From the human T2T-CHM13v2.0 reference genome, Homo sapiens, in assembly GCF_009914755.1 (NCBI RefSeq), contig NC_060932.1: DNA of 64,000 nucleotides; one strand, written 5' to 3'. The notes beneath the pieces are model-generated. The model was not told where the DNA came from and searched no databases. It was given only the letters and a program-made list of their open reading frames with translations. The position numbers and the translations under genes are program-made. The stretch's first letter is position 1; every line of letters starts with the position of its first letter. Shown here piece after piece: positions 27,337-42,969 of the stretch.

Positions 27337-27579
27337 CTGGAAAAGACATGAAGTTTTATGTATATATTTAGTCTTTCCTCCTTAGCAGAGGAGAGGAACA
27401 GAGACAGAGAGAAGCAGGACTCACACACACGGAGAAATTCTCCTAAGTTGGGGGGCAGAATAGGGTGGAGGGGTCGGTCCTCACCCCTTCCTCCCTGTAC
27501 ATTCTGAATGGCCAGGTGAGAGGCAAAACTCCATCAAAAAGAAAGAAACAACTGAAGATAGACTACACTGGAAACTCAC

Positions 27580-27660
27580 TCTGGCTGCTGTGGGCAGACA
27601 TATTCTTTTTCAAAGACATAGTTGAAGAGCTAGCCTTAAAATTTGTGAGAGGTTGCAAGC
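27580..27660 (-). CDS. RGS22: RGS22 coding exon (GLQPLTNFKASSSTMSLKKNMSAHSSQ+A)
   Basis: tttcgtgcag|GC...CAGA|gtgagt; 81 nt, phase 1/1, compatible with both neighbours. Confidence 0.92.
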
Positions 27661-27777
27661 CTGCACGAAAATAAAAGAGATAAGAAAAACAGTAAAGTAA
27701 ATATTGGCAAAGTCTTCTAAAATTAATCTGTGATAAAAGATAAAAAAGTAAACTTGTAGGCAGAAGGCAAAAATTAC

Positions 27778-27871
27778 CTGCAAACAACTTTTTTTCTAGT
27801 TCTTCTTGGATCTTAAGAAGAATTCTCTCCTGTTCTAAGGCTTCTATATACTTTGAGTAGCACCAGGTTGG
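27778..27871 (-). CDS. RGS22: RGS22 coding exon (PTWCYSKYIEALEQERILLKIQEELEKKLFA+G)
   Basis: tttttttag|CCA...GCAG|gtaatt; 94 nt, phase 0/1; coiled-coil-like. Confidence 0.92.
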
Positions 27872-28437
27872 CTAAAAAAAGCAATTTTCAAAGTTAATTC
27901 TGAAATGTTTGCTTTAGGAAATAAACTGAAGATAAGATGTCTTCTATCAGCCTCTTCATTTAAATTTTTATTAAAGTATAACACACATAAAGAAAAGTGC
28001 ACATCACAAGTTTATAATGATATGAATTTTTACCAACTGAATGTACCCAGGTCACCTTTTAACTGGGTACCACAAATTATTATCAACCTACCTTAGTCCA
28101 TTTTCATAAAAATATTTATGATAAAGTAAGTATATTTTCTTCCATAGCCTTGACAAAATGTTTAAATTCCCTGGTTTGCAGGGAGGAGGTGAGGTGGGAA
28201 CGTGAGGGTGGTGATATTCTGTTTCTCAGTGAATCAATGTCAACAAAAGCTTTACAGATATATTGACAGCTATTCAGTCATCTTTATATATTCAATTTGA
28301 TTGTAAATTTAGTGCTTAGGAAAGATCTTTATATATTCAATTTGACTGTAAATCAAGTTTTAGGGGGAGAGTAACTTTGCATTTGGATTCATTATAATTC
28401 TTCAATGTGCAAAATCTATCTAAAACAAATTCATATA

Positions 28438-28750
28438 CAGTTAACCCTTTACATCCACAGGTTCTGCATCTGCAGATTCAACCCAATTGCAGATCAAAAA
28501 TATTTTTAAAAATCAACAAAAAATAATACAAATAAAATATACAGTATAACTATTTACATAGCATTTACTTCTGCTATAGTATACTTAGGTAATATATGTA
28601 ATCTAGAGATGATTCGAAGTATATGAGAGGATGTGGATAGGTTATATGCAAATACCATGTTGTTTTATATCAGGGACTTGAGCATCTTCAGATTTTGGTA
28701 TCTGCAGGAAGTCTTGGAACCACCCCACAGTGGACACTGAGGAACAACTG
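28438..28750. mobile_element. MER2 (TcMar-Tigger) MITE
   Basis: TA|CAGTT...AACTG|TA termini; GCAGATTCAACC; TATATGCAAATAC. Confidence 0.8.
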
Positions 28751-29070
28751 TATAGGGCATCTACATTTACAAAATGTCAGTGTATTATTACTTTACAAAT
28801 TGCTAAAGTAATTCAACATGTATACTTTAAACAGAAATCATTATAAGCTACATTTATATTTATAAAATATCTTTGGTTTCTAAAAGTTTTTTAGTTTCCT
28901 ACAAAAATCTTGAATATGACAAGATAGCATCGTCATCACCACCATCATCATCATCATCCCTTTCTCTCTCTCTCTCTTTTTAACCGATAAGGTAAGAGGC
29001 TCAAAGGAAATTATGTGATTATATCCAGGTTTCAAGATAATACTGACTTGTGATAAAAAAAGATTAGAAG

Positions 29071-29409
<339 letters not shown>

Positions 29410-30227
29410 CTAACTGGACCCTGATATCTCTAACTGGACATTTCCCCCTTTCACACTGTGTTTCTAAAATTTAATGCTAGTCATTTGCTAATGAATGGTA
29501 TTATTTGCTAGGTATCATATGCTTTTAGATATCTCTTTCAGTATACAGTTCCATAAAATTGGATATTTCTCTTCTCTCAATAATAGCTTCATAGTTAGCC
29601 AGTTATCTTAGCTGGGTAACTGAACTTATTTGACATTCCTAAATGCCAAAAAGATTGTTTCTTGAGTTAGTATTACTCTAAGGTACAAATGCTTTCAATA
29701 CCAGTCATCAAAAATAGACATAAGTTAAACATACGACATTTCAGGGAAGTAACAGTAATGTACTAGTTATAAATGTACATGTAAACACAGAAACCATAAT
29801 GTATTGGTGGATGGTCATGTATGGTTAATTTTATGACTACTTCAAAAAACTAAAAATTTGAGACTAAGCATTTGACATTCTTCTGTCATTTTTTAACCCA
29901 AGAATACAACATCCTATATATATTCCATCTTGTTCTATTGTACTGTATCTGTCTTATTTTCTTTTCCAACAAGATGATCACTTCAACTTCTGCAATTTGT
30001 CTTCCTCATGTATCTCAAGAAGTTATTTTTCTTTATTAAACTATCTGGGATTGGCTGAAATTTTAATGAAGGCTCAAAGAAACTCCCTTCAATCTCTCCT
30101 ACTATTATAATTGTAGGCTTATTTTCAAACAAACACATTTCTAGTACTGTACAATGACTGAGTTACTGCATTCCACTATCCAATGCTCCAGCGGGGAAAT
30201 GAGGTCTGCACCATCTTGCATGCTTAC

Positions 30228-30323
30228 CTGTCGGCCATATGGTTGGAGGCCTAGGAAGGAATCACTGAGTAAAGCAGTTTTGATAGCAGGCACTGAAGTA
30301 TTTGCATATTGTTTGATTCCATC
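30228..30323 (-). CDS. RGS22: RGS22 coding exon (DGIKQYANTSVPAIKTALLSDSFLGLQPYGRQ)
   Basis: attacag|GAT...CAG|gtaagc; 96 nt = 32 codons, phase 0/0; too short for the ORF track. Confidence 0.9.
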
Positions 30324-31049
30324 CTGTAATTATATTAAATTAAATTATTACCCAGAAAAGATAATGATATGTTAATATAAACTTATGGCTAAGGAGTTAT
30401 AACATCATATGACATAATATTTCATAGTGAGTGCTGCACTTAAGGTTTCATCAAGTCAATATCACTAATGTGACAGAGTCTCCTGCTTTGATCTTTAATC
30501 TTATTTCATACTAATATAAAAATACTTTAAAATAAATGAGAGAAATGATTAAGTTGAATGTAAAAATCATTCCCAAATTCTGGAATCCAAGAAAAACCAC
30601 TATAAACATTTTCATGAACATCCATCCATATTTCTCACTAGGGAAAATGCATAGATTCACAATTTTAATCTTTATATTTTATTATATAAATTTTATACAA
30701 ATAGAATCTAACTACGTTTGCTCTTTTTAAATCTGCCTTTTCATGTAGAATATGTTGTGAAAATGTGAATAAATATAAAGCTGGAATGTATTCTGGGCCT
30801 TTGTATTTTTTACCATTGTTTATCTGCTGTAGAACAGTGTCTGCCACATAGTATGCACTCAAATATTTGTTGAATGATGAAATTAATAAATTACATCACC
30901 ATTTTCAGTGGATGAATGATCTTATGCACTAAAAGGTTTGCTGAATGATAAAATGAATAAATGTTATCATCACTTTTGACAGATAATATTTTAGAAAAAG
31001 GATGTATCATAGATAATTTAATTAACAACACTCATTAGAAATTTAGGTC

Positions 31050-31340
31050 ATTTTCTTACTCAGCAACAGAAAGTCAAAAACCACATGTTCTCACTTATAA
31101 GTGGGAGCTAAATGATGGGTACACACAGACATATAGAGTAGAGTAACAGACACTGGTGACTCCAAAAGTTGGGAGGGTGGGAGGCAAGTGAACGATGAAA
31201 TACAACCTGTTGGGTACAACATACACTATTTGGGTGATGAGTATACTTCAAAGCCCAGACTTTACCACACACAACATACCCATGTAACACAACTGCACTT
31301 GTACTCCTAAATCTATACAAATAAAAAATTAATTAAATTT
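31050..31340 (+). mobile_element. L1MA-type 3' end fragment
   Basis: CACATGTTCTCACTTATAAGTGGGAGCTAAATGATG...CTGCACTTGTACTCCTAAATCTATACAAATAAAAA. Confidence 0.85.
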
Positions 31341-34300
31341 CCTTAAAAAAAGAAAAAAAAACTTACCCAAACTTAAGAGGAAAACACATTTGAAGTAATT
31401 ATAACAAAAAAGAACCATGTATAATTGTATTTCAATTAATACAAATCTTTAAGAAAAACAAATAAGCCAACAGATGAGTAAAGAAGAGACACAACAGAAA
31501 CTTCCCCAAAGAGGAAATGCTATGCTTAACAGAAATGGACAATTTTTTCAATATCCCTACTAATTAAAGCCATGAAAGTAAGAACATTTCATGCCTTTCA
31601 AATTAGTCTTTAAAAATGATAAAATGAGAGTTTCAATGTATGAATTTTGAGGAACACAAACATGTAGTCCATACCAACTACTTTTCATTTCTAGAACTTC
31701 ATTATCCAAAACAGAAGCTCTGTTCCCATTAAATAATAACTCCTTACTGCCTTCTATCCCCAGCCCCTGGCAACCTCTATTCTTTCTGTTTCTATGAATT
31801 TGACTATTATAGGTACCTCATCTGGCAAGATGGCTGAATAGGAACAGCTCCCGTCTGCAGCTCCCAGCAAGACCAACACAGAAGGAGGGTGATTTCTGCA
31901 TTTTCTCCTGAGGTACTTGTTCATCTCATTGGGACCAGTTAGACAGTGAGTACAGCCCACAGAGCATGAGCAGAAGCAGGGTGGGGTGTTGCCTCACGCA
32001 GGAAGTGCAAGGGGTCGGGGAACTCCCTCCCCTAGCCAAGGGAAGCCATGAGGGACTGTGCTGTGAGGAATGATGCACTCCAACCCAGATACTATGCTTT
32101 TCCCACGGTCTTCACAACCTGCAGGCTAGGAGATTCCCTCGGGTGCCTATGCCACCAGTGCCCTGGGTTTCAAGCACAAAACTGGGCAGCTGTTTGGGCA
32201 GACACCGAGCTAGCTCCGGGAGTTTGTTTTTTTTTTTTGTACCCCAGTGGAGCCTGGAACCCCAGCGAGACAGAACCATTCACTCCCCTGGAAAGGGGGC
32301 TGAAGCCATGGAGCCAAGTGGTCTCGCTCAGTGGGTCCCATCTCCAAGTAGCCCAGCAAGCTAAGATCCACTGGCTTGAAATTCTCACTGCCAGCACAAA
32401 AGTCTGAAGTCAACCTGGGACACTCGAGCTTGGTAGGGGGAGGGGCGTCTGCCATTACTGAGACTTGAGTAGGCAGTTCTCCCCTCACAGTGTTAAGTAA
32501 ACCGCTGGGAAGTTTGAATGGTGTGGAACTCACTGCAGTGCAGCAAAGCAGCTGTGGCCAGACTGCCTCTCTAGATTCCTCCTCACTGGGCAGGGCATCT
32601 CTGAAAGAAAGCCAGCAGCCCCAGTCAGGGGCTTATAGATCAAACTCCCAACTCCCTGGGACAGAGCACCTGGGGGACGGGGTGGCTGTGGGCACAGCTT
32701 CAGCAGACTTAAACATTCCTGCCTGCCAGCTCTGAAGAGAGCAAAAGATCTCCCAGCACAGTTCTCGAGCTCTGCTAAGGGACAGACTGCCTTCTCAAGT
32801 GGGTCCCTGACCCCAGTGCTTCCTGACTGCAGACACCTCCCAGCAGGGGTCGACAGACACTTCACACAGGATAGATCCAAGTGGCATCAGGCAAGTGCCC
32901 CTCTGGGACAAAGCTTCCAGAAGAAGGAGCAGGCAGCAATCTTTTTGTTCTGCAGCCTCTGCCGGTGATAACCCAGGCAAACAGGATCTGGAGTGGACCT
33001 CCAGCAAACTCCAGCAGACCTGCAGAAGAGGGGCCTGACTGTTGAAGTAAAACTAACAAACAGAAAGCAATAACATCACATCAACAAAAAGGGCACCCAC
33101 AGAAAAACTCCATCAAAAGGCCATCAGCATCAAAGATGAAAAGTAGATAAATCCATGAAGATGAGGAAAAACCAGCACAAAAAGGCTGAAAATTCCAAAA
33201 ACCAGAATGCCTCTTCTCCTCCAAAGGATTGCAGCTCCTCTACAGCAAGGGCACAAAACGGGATGAAGAATGAGTTTGACGAATTGACAGAAATAGGCTT
33301 CAGAAGGTGGGTAATAACAAACTCTTCTGAGCTAAAGGAGGATCTTCTAACCCAATGCAAGGAAGCTAAGAACATTGACAAAAGGTTACAGGAACTGCTA
33401 ACTAGAATACCAGTTTAAAGAAGAACATGAATGACCTAATGGAGCTGAAAAACACAGCACAAGAACTTCATGAAGCATACACCAATATCAATAGCTAGAC
33501 TGATCAAGCGGAAGAAAGGATATCAGAGATTGAAGATCAACTTAATGAAAACTCGTGAAGACAAGATTAGAGAAAAAGAATGAAAAGGAATGAACAAAGC
33601 CTCCAAGAAATATGGGACTATGTGAAAAGACCAAACCTACAATTGTTTGGTGTACCTGAAAGTGATGGGGAGAATGGAACCAAGTTGGAAAACACACTTC
33701 AGGATATTATCCAGGAGAACTTCCCCAACCTAGCAAGATAGGCCAACATTCAAGTTCAGGAAATACAGAGAATGCCACTAAGATACTCCTCGAGAAGAGC
33801 AACCCCAAGATACATAATCATCAGATTCTCCAAGGTTGAAATGAAGGAAAAAATATTAGGGGCAGCCAGAGACAACCCTTTATAGGTCAGGTTACCTATA
33901 AAGGGAAGACCATCAGACTGACAGCGGATCTCTCGGCAGAAACCCCATAGGGTAAGCCAGGAAAGAGTTGGGGCCAATATTCAACAACCTTAAAGAAAAT
34001 AATTTTCAACTCAGAATTTCATATCCAACCAAACTAAGCTTCATAAGTGAAGGAGAAATAATCCTTTATACACAAGCAAATGCTGAGGGATTGTGTCACC
34101 ACCAGGCTTGCCTTACAAGAGCTCCTGAAGGAAGCACTAAATATGGAAAGGAAAAACTGGTAACAGCCACTGCAAAAACATACCAAAATGGAAAGACCAA
34201 TGACACTATGAAGAAACTGCATCAAGTAATGTGCAAAATAATCAGCTAGCATCATGATGACAGGATCAAATTCACACATAACAATATTAACCTTATGTAA

Positions 34301-35791
34301 ATAGGCTAAATGCCCCAATTAAAAGACACAAACTGGCAAATTGGATAAAGAGTCAAGACCCATCGGTGTGCTGTATCCCGGAGACCCATCTCATATGCAT
34401 AGGCTCAAAATAAACAAATGGAGGAATATTTACCAAGCAAATGGAAAGCAAAAAAAAAGCAGGGGTTGCAATTCTAGTCTCTGATGAAACAGACTTTCAA
34501 CCAACAAAGATCAAAAAAGACAAAGAAGGGCATTACATAATGTTAAAGGGATCAATGCAACAAGAAGAGCTAACTATCCTAAATATCCTAAATATATGTG
34601 CACCCAATACAGGAGATTCATAAAGCAAGTTCTTAGAGACCTACAAAGAGACTTAGACTCCCATACGATAATACTGGGAGACTTTAACAACCCCCTGTCA
34701 ATATTAGACAGATCAATGAAACAGAAAATTAACAAAGATATTCAGGATTGAACTCTGCTCTGGACCAAGTGGACCTAATAGACATCTACAGAACTCTCCA
34801 CCCCAAATCAACAGAATATACATTCTTCTCAGCATCGGGTAGCACTTATTCTAAAATCAACAACATAATTGGAAGTAAAACACTCCTCAGCAAATGCAAA
34901 ATAACAGAAATCATAACAAACAGTCTCTTGGACCACAGTGCAATCAAATTAGAACTCAGGATTAAGAAACTCATTTGAAACTGCACAACTATATGGAAAC
35001 TGAACAACCTGCTCCTGAATGACTATTGGGTAAATAAGAAAATTAAGGCAGAGATAAATAAGTTCTTTGAAACCAATGAGAACAAAGACACAATGTACCA
35101 GAATCTCAGGGACACAGCTAAAGCAGTGTTAAGAGGGAAATTTACAGCACTAAATTCCCACATCAGAAAATGGGAAAGATCTAAAATTGATACCCTAACA
35201 TCACAATTAAAAGAACTAGAGAAGAAAGAACAAACAAATTCAAAAGCTAGCAGAAAATAAGAAATAACTAAGATCAGAGCAAAACTAAAGGAGATACAGA
35301 CATGAAAAACCCTTCAAAAAATCAATGAATCCAGGAGCTGGTTTTTTGAAAAGATTAACAAAATGGAACACTACCCAGACTAATAAAGAAGAAAAGAGAG
35401 AAGAATCAAATAGATGCAATTAAAAATGATAAAGGGGATATCAGCACGAATCCCACAGAAATACAAACTACCATCAGATAATACTATAAATACCTCTATG
35501 CAAATAAACTAGAAATTCTAGAAGAAATGGATAAATTCATGGACACATACACCCTCCCAAGACTAAACCAGGAAGAAGTCGAATCCCTGAATAGACCAAT
35601 AACAAGTTCTGAAATTGAGGCAGTAATTAATCACCTACTGACTAAAAAAAGCCTAGGACCAGATGGATTCACAGCCAAATTCTACCAGAGGTACAAAGAG
35701 GAGGTGGTACCATTCCTTCTGAAACTATTCCAAACAATAGAAAAAGAGGGGCTCCTCCCTAACTCATTTTATGAGGCCAGCATCATCCTGA

Positions 35792-35887
<96 letters not shown>

Positions 35888-37039
35888 TGAATCCAGCAGT
35901 ACATCAAAAAGCTTATCCACCACAATCAAGTTGGCTTCATCCCTGGGATGCAAGGCTGGTTCAACATATGCAAATCAATAAACATAATCCACCACATAAA
36001 CAGAACCAATGACAAAAACCACATGATTATCTCAATAGATGCAGAAAAGGCCCTTGATAAAATTCAACACCTCTTTATGCTAAAAACACTCAATAAACTA
36101 GGTATTGATGGAAATATCTCAAAATAATAAGGTCAATTTATGAAAAACCCATAGCCAATATCATACTGAATGGGCAAAAGCTGAAAGGATTCCCTTTGAA
36201 AACCAGCACAAGACAAGGATGCCCTCTCTCACCATTCCTATTCAACATAGTATTGGAAGTTCTGGCGAGGGCAATCAGGCAAGAGAAAGAAATAAAGGGT
36301 ATTCAAATAGGAAGAGAGGAAGTCAAATTGTCTCTGTTTGCAGATGACAGGATTGTATATTTAGAAAACCCCATTGTCTCAGCCAAAAACTCCTTAAGCT
36401 GATAAGCAACTTCAGCAAAGTCTCAGAATACAAAATCAATGTACAAAAATTCCAAGCATTCCCATACACCAATAATAGACAAACAGAGAGCCAAATCATG
36501 AGTGAACTCCCATTCACAATTGCTACAAAGAAAATAAAATACCTAGGAATACAACTTACAAGGGACCTGAAGGACATCTTCAAGGAGAACTACAAACCAC
36601 TGCTCAAGGAAATAAGAGAGGACACAAACAAATGGAAAAACATTCCATGCTCATGGATAGGAAGAATCAGTATCGTGGGATAGGAAGAATCAATATCATG
36701 AAAATGGCCATACTGCCCAAAGTAATTTATAGATTCAATTCTATTCCCATCAAGCTACCATTGACTTTCTTCACAGAGCTAGAAAAAACTACTTTAAGGT
36801 TCCTATGGAACCAAAAAAGAGCCCACATAGCCAAGACAATCCTAAGCAAAAAGAACAAAGATGGAGGCATCACACTACCTGACTTCAAACTATACTACAT
36901 GGCTACAATAATAAAAACAGCATGGTACTCTTACCAAAACAGATATATAGACCAATGGAACAGAACAGAGGCCTCAGAAATAACATCATACATCTACAAC
37001 CATCTGATCTTCGACAAACCTGACAAAAACAAGCAATAG

Positions 37040-37159
<120 letters not shown>

Positions 37160-37644
37160 TGAAACATAAAACCTAAAACAATTAAAAACCCTAGAAGAAA
37201 ACCTAGGCAATACCATTCAGGACATAGGCATGGGCAAAGACTTCATGACTAAAACACCAAAAGCAACTGCAACAAAAGCCAAAAACGACAAATGGGGTCT
37301 AATTAAGCTAAAGAGCTTCTGCACAGCAAAAGAAACTACCATCAGAGGGAACAGGCAACCTACAGATTGGGAGAAAGTTTATGCAATCTATCCATCTGAC
37401 AGAGGTCTAATATCCAGAATCTACAAGGAACTTAAACAAATTTACAGGGAAAAAACAAGCAATCCCATCAAAAAGTGGGCAAAGGATATGAACAGACACT
37501 TCTCAAAAGAAGACATTTATGTGGCCAACAAACATATGAAAAATAGTTAATCAACACTGGTCATTAGAGAAATAAAAATCAAAACCACAATGAGATACCA
37601 TCTCACACCAGTTAGAATGGTGATCATGAAAAAGTCAGGAAATA

Positions 37645-37890
37645 AGCTGGGCGTGGTGGCTCACGCCTGTAATCCCAGCACTTTGGGAGGCTGAGAAGGG
37701 TGGATCACCAGGTCAGGAGATCGAGACCGACCAGGCTAACATGGTGAAACCCTGTCTCTACTAAAAATACAAAAAAATTAGCTGGGTGTGGTGGTGGGCG
37801 ACTGTAGTCCCAGCTACTCGGGAGGCTGAGGCAGGAGAATGGTGTGAACTCGGGAGGCAGAGCTTGACTCCATCTCAAAAAAAAAAAAAA
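37645..37890 (+). mobile_element. AluY-like insertion in L1 ORF2 with a ~50-bp right-arm deletion
   Basis: AGGAGATCGAGACC and GAATGGTGTGAA diagnostics; AGCTT|GACTCC junction; TSD AAAAAGTCAGGAAA. Confidence 0.93.
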
Positions 37891-38481
37891 AAAAAGTCAG
37901 GAAACAATAGATGCTAGAGAGGATGTGGAGAAATAGGAACACTTTTACACTGTTGGTGGAAGTGTAAATTAGTTCAACCATTGTGGAAGACAGTATGGTG
38001 ATTCCTCAAGGATCTCAAACCAGAAATACCATTTGACCCAGCAATCCCATTACTGGGGATATACCCAAAGGATTATAAATCATTCTACTATAAAGACACA
38101 TGCACAGGTATGTTTATTGCAGCACTATTCACAATAGCAAAGACTTGGAACCAACCCAAATGCCCATCAATGATAGACTGGATAAAGAAAATGTGGTGCA
38201 TATATACCATGGAATACTACACAGGTATAAAAAACAATGAGTTCATGTCTTTTGCAGGGACATGAATGAAGCTGGAAACCACCATTCTCAGCAAACTAAC
38301 ACAGGAGCAGAAAACCAAACACCACATGTTCTCACTCATAAATGGGAGTTGAACAATGAGAACACATGGACACAGGGAGGGGAACATCACACACCAGGGC
38401 CTGTCAGGGGATGGTGGCAAGGGGAGGGAGAGCATTAGGACAAATACCTAATGCATGTGGGGCTTAAAACCTAGATGACGT

Positions 38482-38862
<381 letters not shown>

Positions 38863-39001
38863 TTACGCACATGTATCCTAGAAATTAAAGTATAATAAAA
38901 AAATGCATATTAACAAAAGTGTAGCAAAATGGGTATTTTCTGCCAATTTAGATTGCAGATCATTTTAAATTGGCATACACATTTTAATAGAATAATTTGT
39001 A

Positions 39002-39056
39002 TCTTTTCTGATCTCTGAAGCTAAGCAGAATGGAGCCTGGTTACTACTTGCATGAG
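39002..39056 (+). pseudogene. 5S rRNA fragment retropseudogene (tailless)
   Basis: TCTTTTCTGATCTCTGAAGCTAAGCAGAATGGAGCCTGGTTACTACTTGCATGAG vs 5S TCTCGTCTGATCTCGGAAGCTAAGCAGGGTCGGGCCTGGTTAGTACTTGGATGGG; TSD AGA(A/G)TAATTTGTA. Confidence 0.88.
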
Positions 39057-39410
39057 AGAGTAATTTGTAAATGTGTTGAATACCTTAAAATGGTTATACC
39101 CTTTCAGCAGTCAATTACACATTTAAATGTATAGTTTCATGAAGTAACCCAAAAGTTTGGTGATGGGCTGGGGTTGGGGAGGGGTGATTTTATCCAACAA
39201 GACCAATATTACAACAGCATAAGCAACAGTGAGATAGAAATGTTTAGATTTAAATGTTTGGTTAAATAACCCATGGCCATAACCCTTCCATGGAACATTT
39301 TCTAGTCATAAAATGCTATGTTCACAAAGAATGTTTAATGTAGACAATGCTTATGATACAATAGTAATGAGAAAAAAAAGATTAAAACTGCATATAACAA
39401 ATGGATATAA

Positions 39411-39711
<301 letters not shown>

Positions 39712-39758
39712 TTATGTAAAACAAAAATAAAACCCTATGCATTAAAAAAAGTCTTAAA

Positions 39759-40048
39759 GGCCTGGCACAGTGGCTCACACCTGTAATCCCAGCACTTTGG
39801 GAGGCCAAGGTGGGCGGATTACTTGAGGTCAAGAGTTTGAGATACCTGGCCAACATGGTGAAACCCCACCTCTACAAAAAATACAAAAATTAGCCAGGCG
39901 TGGTGGTATGCACCTTTAATCCCAGCTACTCAGGAGATTGAGGCAGAAGAATCGCTTGATCATGGGAGGTGGAAGTTGCAGTGAGCCAAGATCACGCCAT
40001 GGCAGTCTAGCCTGGGCGACAGAGTGAGACTCCATCTCAAAAAAAAAA
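39759..40048 (+). mobile_element. Alu (S-like)
   Basis: Dimer plus A tail. Confidence 0.95.
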
Positions 40049-40587
40049 GCCCCAAAGAAAAGACATTAAAATGTAGTCACTATGCATAGATGGTATTAAT
40101 AAAATAATAGTAATAATATATTGGTATTAGATTAGAAACTTGTAATATTAAGATTATTCTATATTGTTGAACCAACATCTGATAAATCTGTTTGCAGTGG
40201 TGACAGAATTTTAAAAGTACCTATTATTTTCTTATTACTAATAATCCTTAATTAACCTGGTGATATTATCAACAACACAGTTCACTCTTGCTTTAATAAT
40301 GGAAATCCTGTATTTTATTTCTCAATTTCCTGTGTAGCTGGCTAGGGTTATGCTATATTCTGTAAAGGACAAGATATTTTGCTAGTGTGGCACAAATTTG
40401 AGAAGACCCAAGGCCTAGCATTTCATAGGATGAACTTGTCCTTGACTTTTTATATCCAGATGATAGTGTGTATTGCCATTAAAATAATTAGATGACCAAA
40501 AAAAAAAAAGAAATTTGGGTCACTTTCAACTTTTTACTATTATAAGTGATGCTGTGTATATACATCTTTGTGCATGTTTATGATTCT

Positions 40588-40740
40588 CTTATTTATTTAT
40601 TTATTTATTTTAAAATTATTTGTAGAGATGAGGTCTTGCTATGTTGCCCAGGCTGGTCTCCAACCCCTGGGCTCAAGCAGTCCTCCTTCCCTGGCTTGCC
40701 AAAGTGCTGGGATTACAGGTGGGAGCTACCTCACCCAGCT
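40588..40740 (-). mobile_element. Alu left monomer (FLAM-like)
   Basis: Single antisense arm; TSD TGATTCTCT. Confidence 0.85.
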
Positions 40741-40800
40741 GATTCTCTCCTTTAGAATAAATTTCTAGAAGTGTATTTGCTGATTAAAAAGAATGAACAT

Positions 40801-41129
<329 letters not shown>

Positions 41130-41162
41130 TTATGGCAGACTGAACAGACTAATACAATATGA

Positions 41163-41552
<390 letters not shown>

Positions 41553-42000
41553 TGAACCACTGTCTTTAAAAAGAGCTGGACAAATATATCCCAAACTTAA
41601 TGACTGCTCCTAGATATAGGGAGGGTTATAGAACTCAGGGCTGAGGTTACTAGATCTTACTCTATTTGCAATGTTTTATTTCTAATGGGAAAAAGAAAAA
41701 TAAGGCAAAATGTTAAAAGTGTTTATTTTGGCCTGCACAAATAAATGTGAGTGTTCATTATATTACTTTTGTGTCTTTCCGTGTCTTTTACATTTATTTT
41801 TAAAAATGAAATAGGTATAAGCTTATAAATAAGATGAAACATGTTATTTGGGAGCAATTACCCCTTCTTAATTAAAACAGATAAATATAAAGAGAGAAAG
41901 AGACCAATGAATGAATGAATGAACGGACAGATAGTAGACAAATAGGGAGGCTGCCCAATTTGTGACTTGTTTACACATTTCACAATGTATCATTCTGTAA

Positions 42001-42316
<316 letters not shown>

Positions 42317-42810
42317 CATTCTGTAATTTTCATATTGAAAATGTTGCCCCTGCCAGTACATACTATTTGTTCATTCATTTCCTGATTTATTCAATAAACA
42401 ATATTAATAATTAAGCATGTGCTGGACACTAGTGTAAGGACTTATAAAACAAGGATAAGGCGGATACTATCATTGAGGATCTTAGTCCAATGAAGATGAC
42501 AGACGTAAAAACTTAATCACAGGACTATATAAAGCATGTTCTACAAGGTGGAGGAACGTTATTGCAGCGGATGCAAGCTGCTTGCGTTGCCACAGAGAGT
42601 CAAGGAAGTCTTCACTTAGAAGAGATGACATTTGAAATGAATTTAGAGGAATTCCAAAAGTCTGAAGCTTCTGACTGAAGGCTTAAAATCCACTAATATC
42701 TGTATTCCATAACTTCTCTCTATATATCCCCAGACAAAATTATTCTATAATTCACACATATCACATAACTTTTAAAAGTCTGATAAAACCCAAAATGAGT
42801 CTTGTCTCAC

Positions 42811-42969
42811 CTTTCCAGATTTTTCGTCTTCTAGGACTGCCAATTTTTTTTTCTGCTTATTATATTCTTGTCTTCTCTCTAAAACACTCATAATATTTTC
42901 ATCTGTTAAATTCTTCCTAAACTCACAGAACTGAGGCCAGAATTTAAACAGAACCCCAAAAATTGTCAT
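42811..42969 (-). CDS. RGS22: RGS22 coding exon (MTIFGVLFKFWPQF...EDEKSGK)
   Basis: tttttatacag|ATG...AAG|gtgaga; 159 nt = 53 codons; ends the RGS domain (WPQF). Confidence 0.95.
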
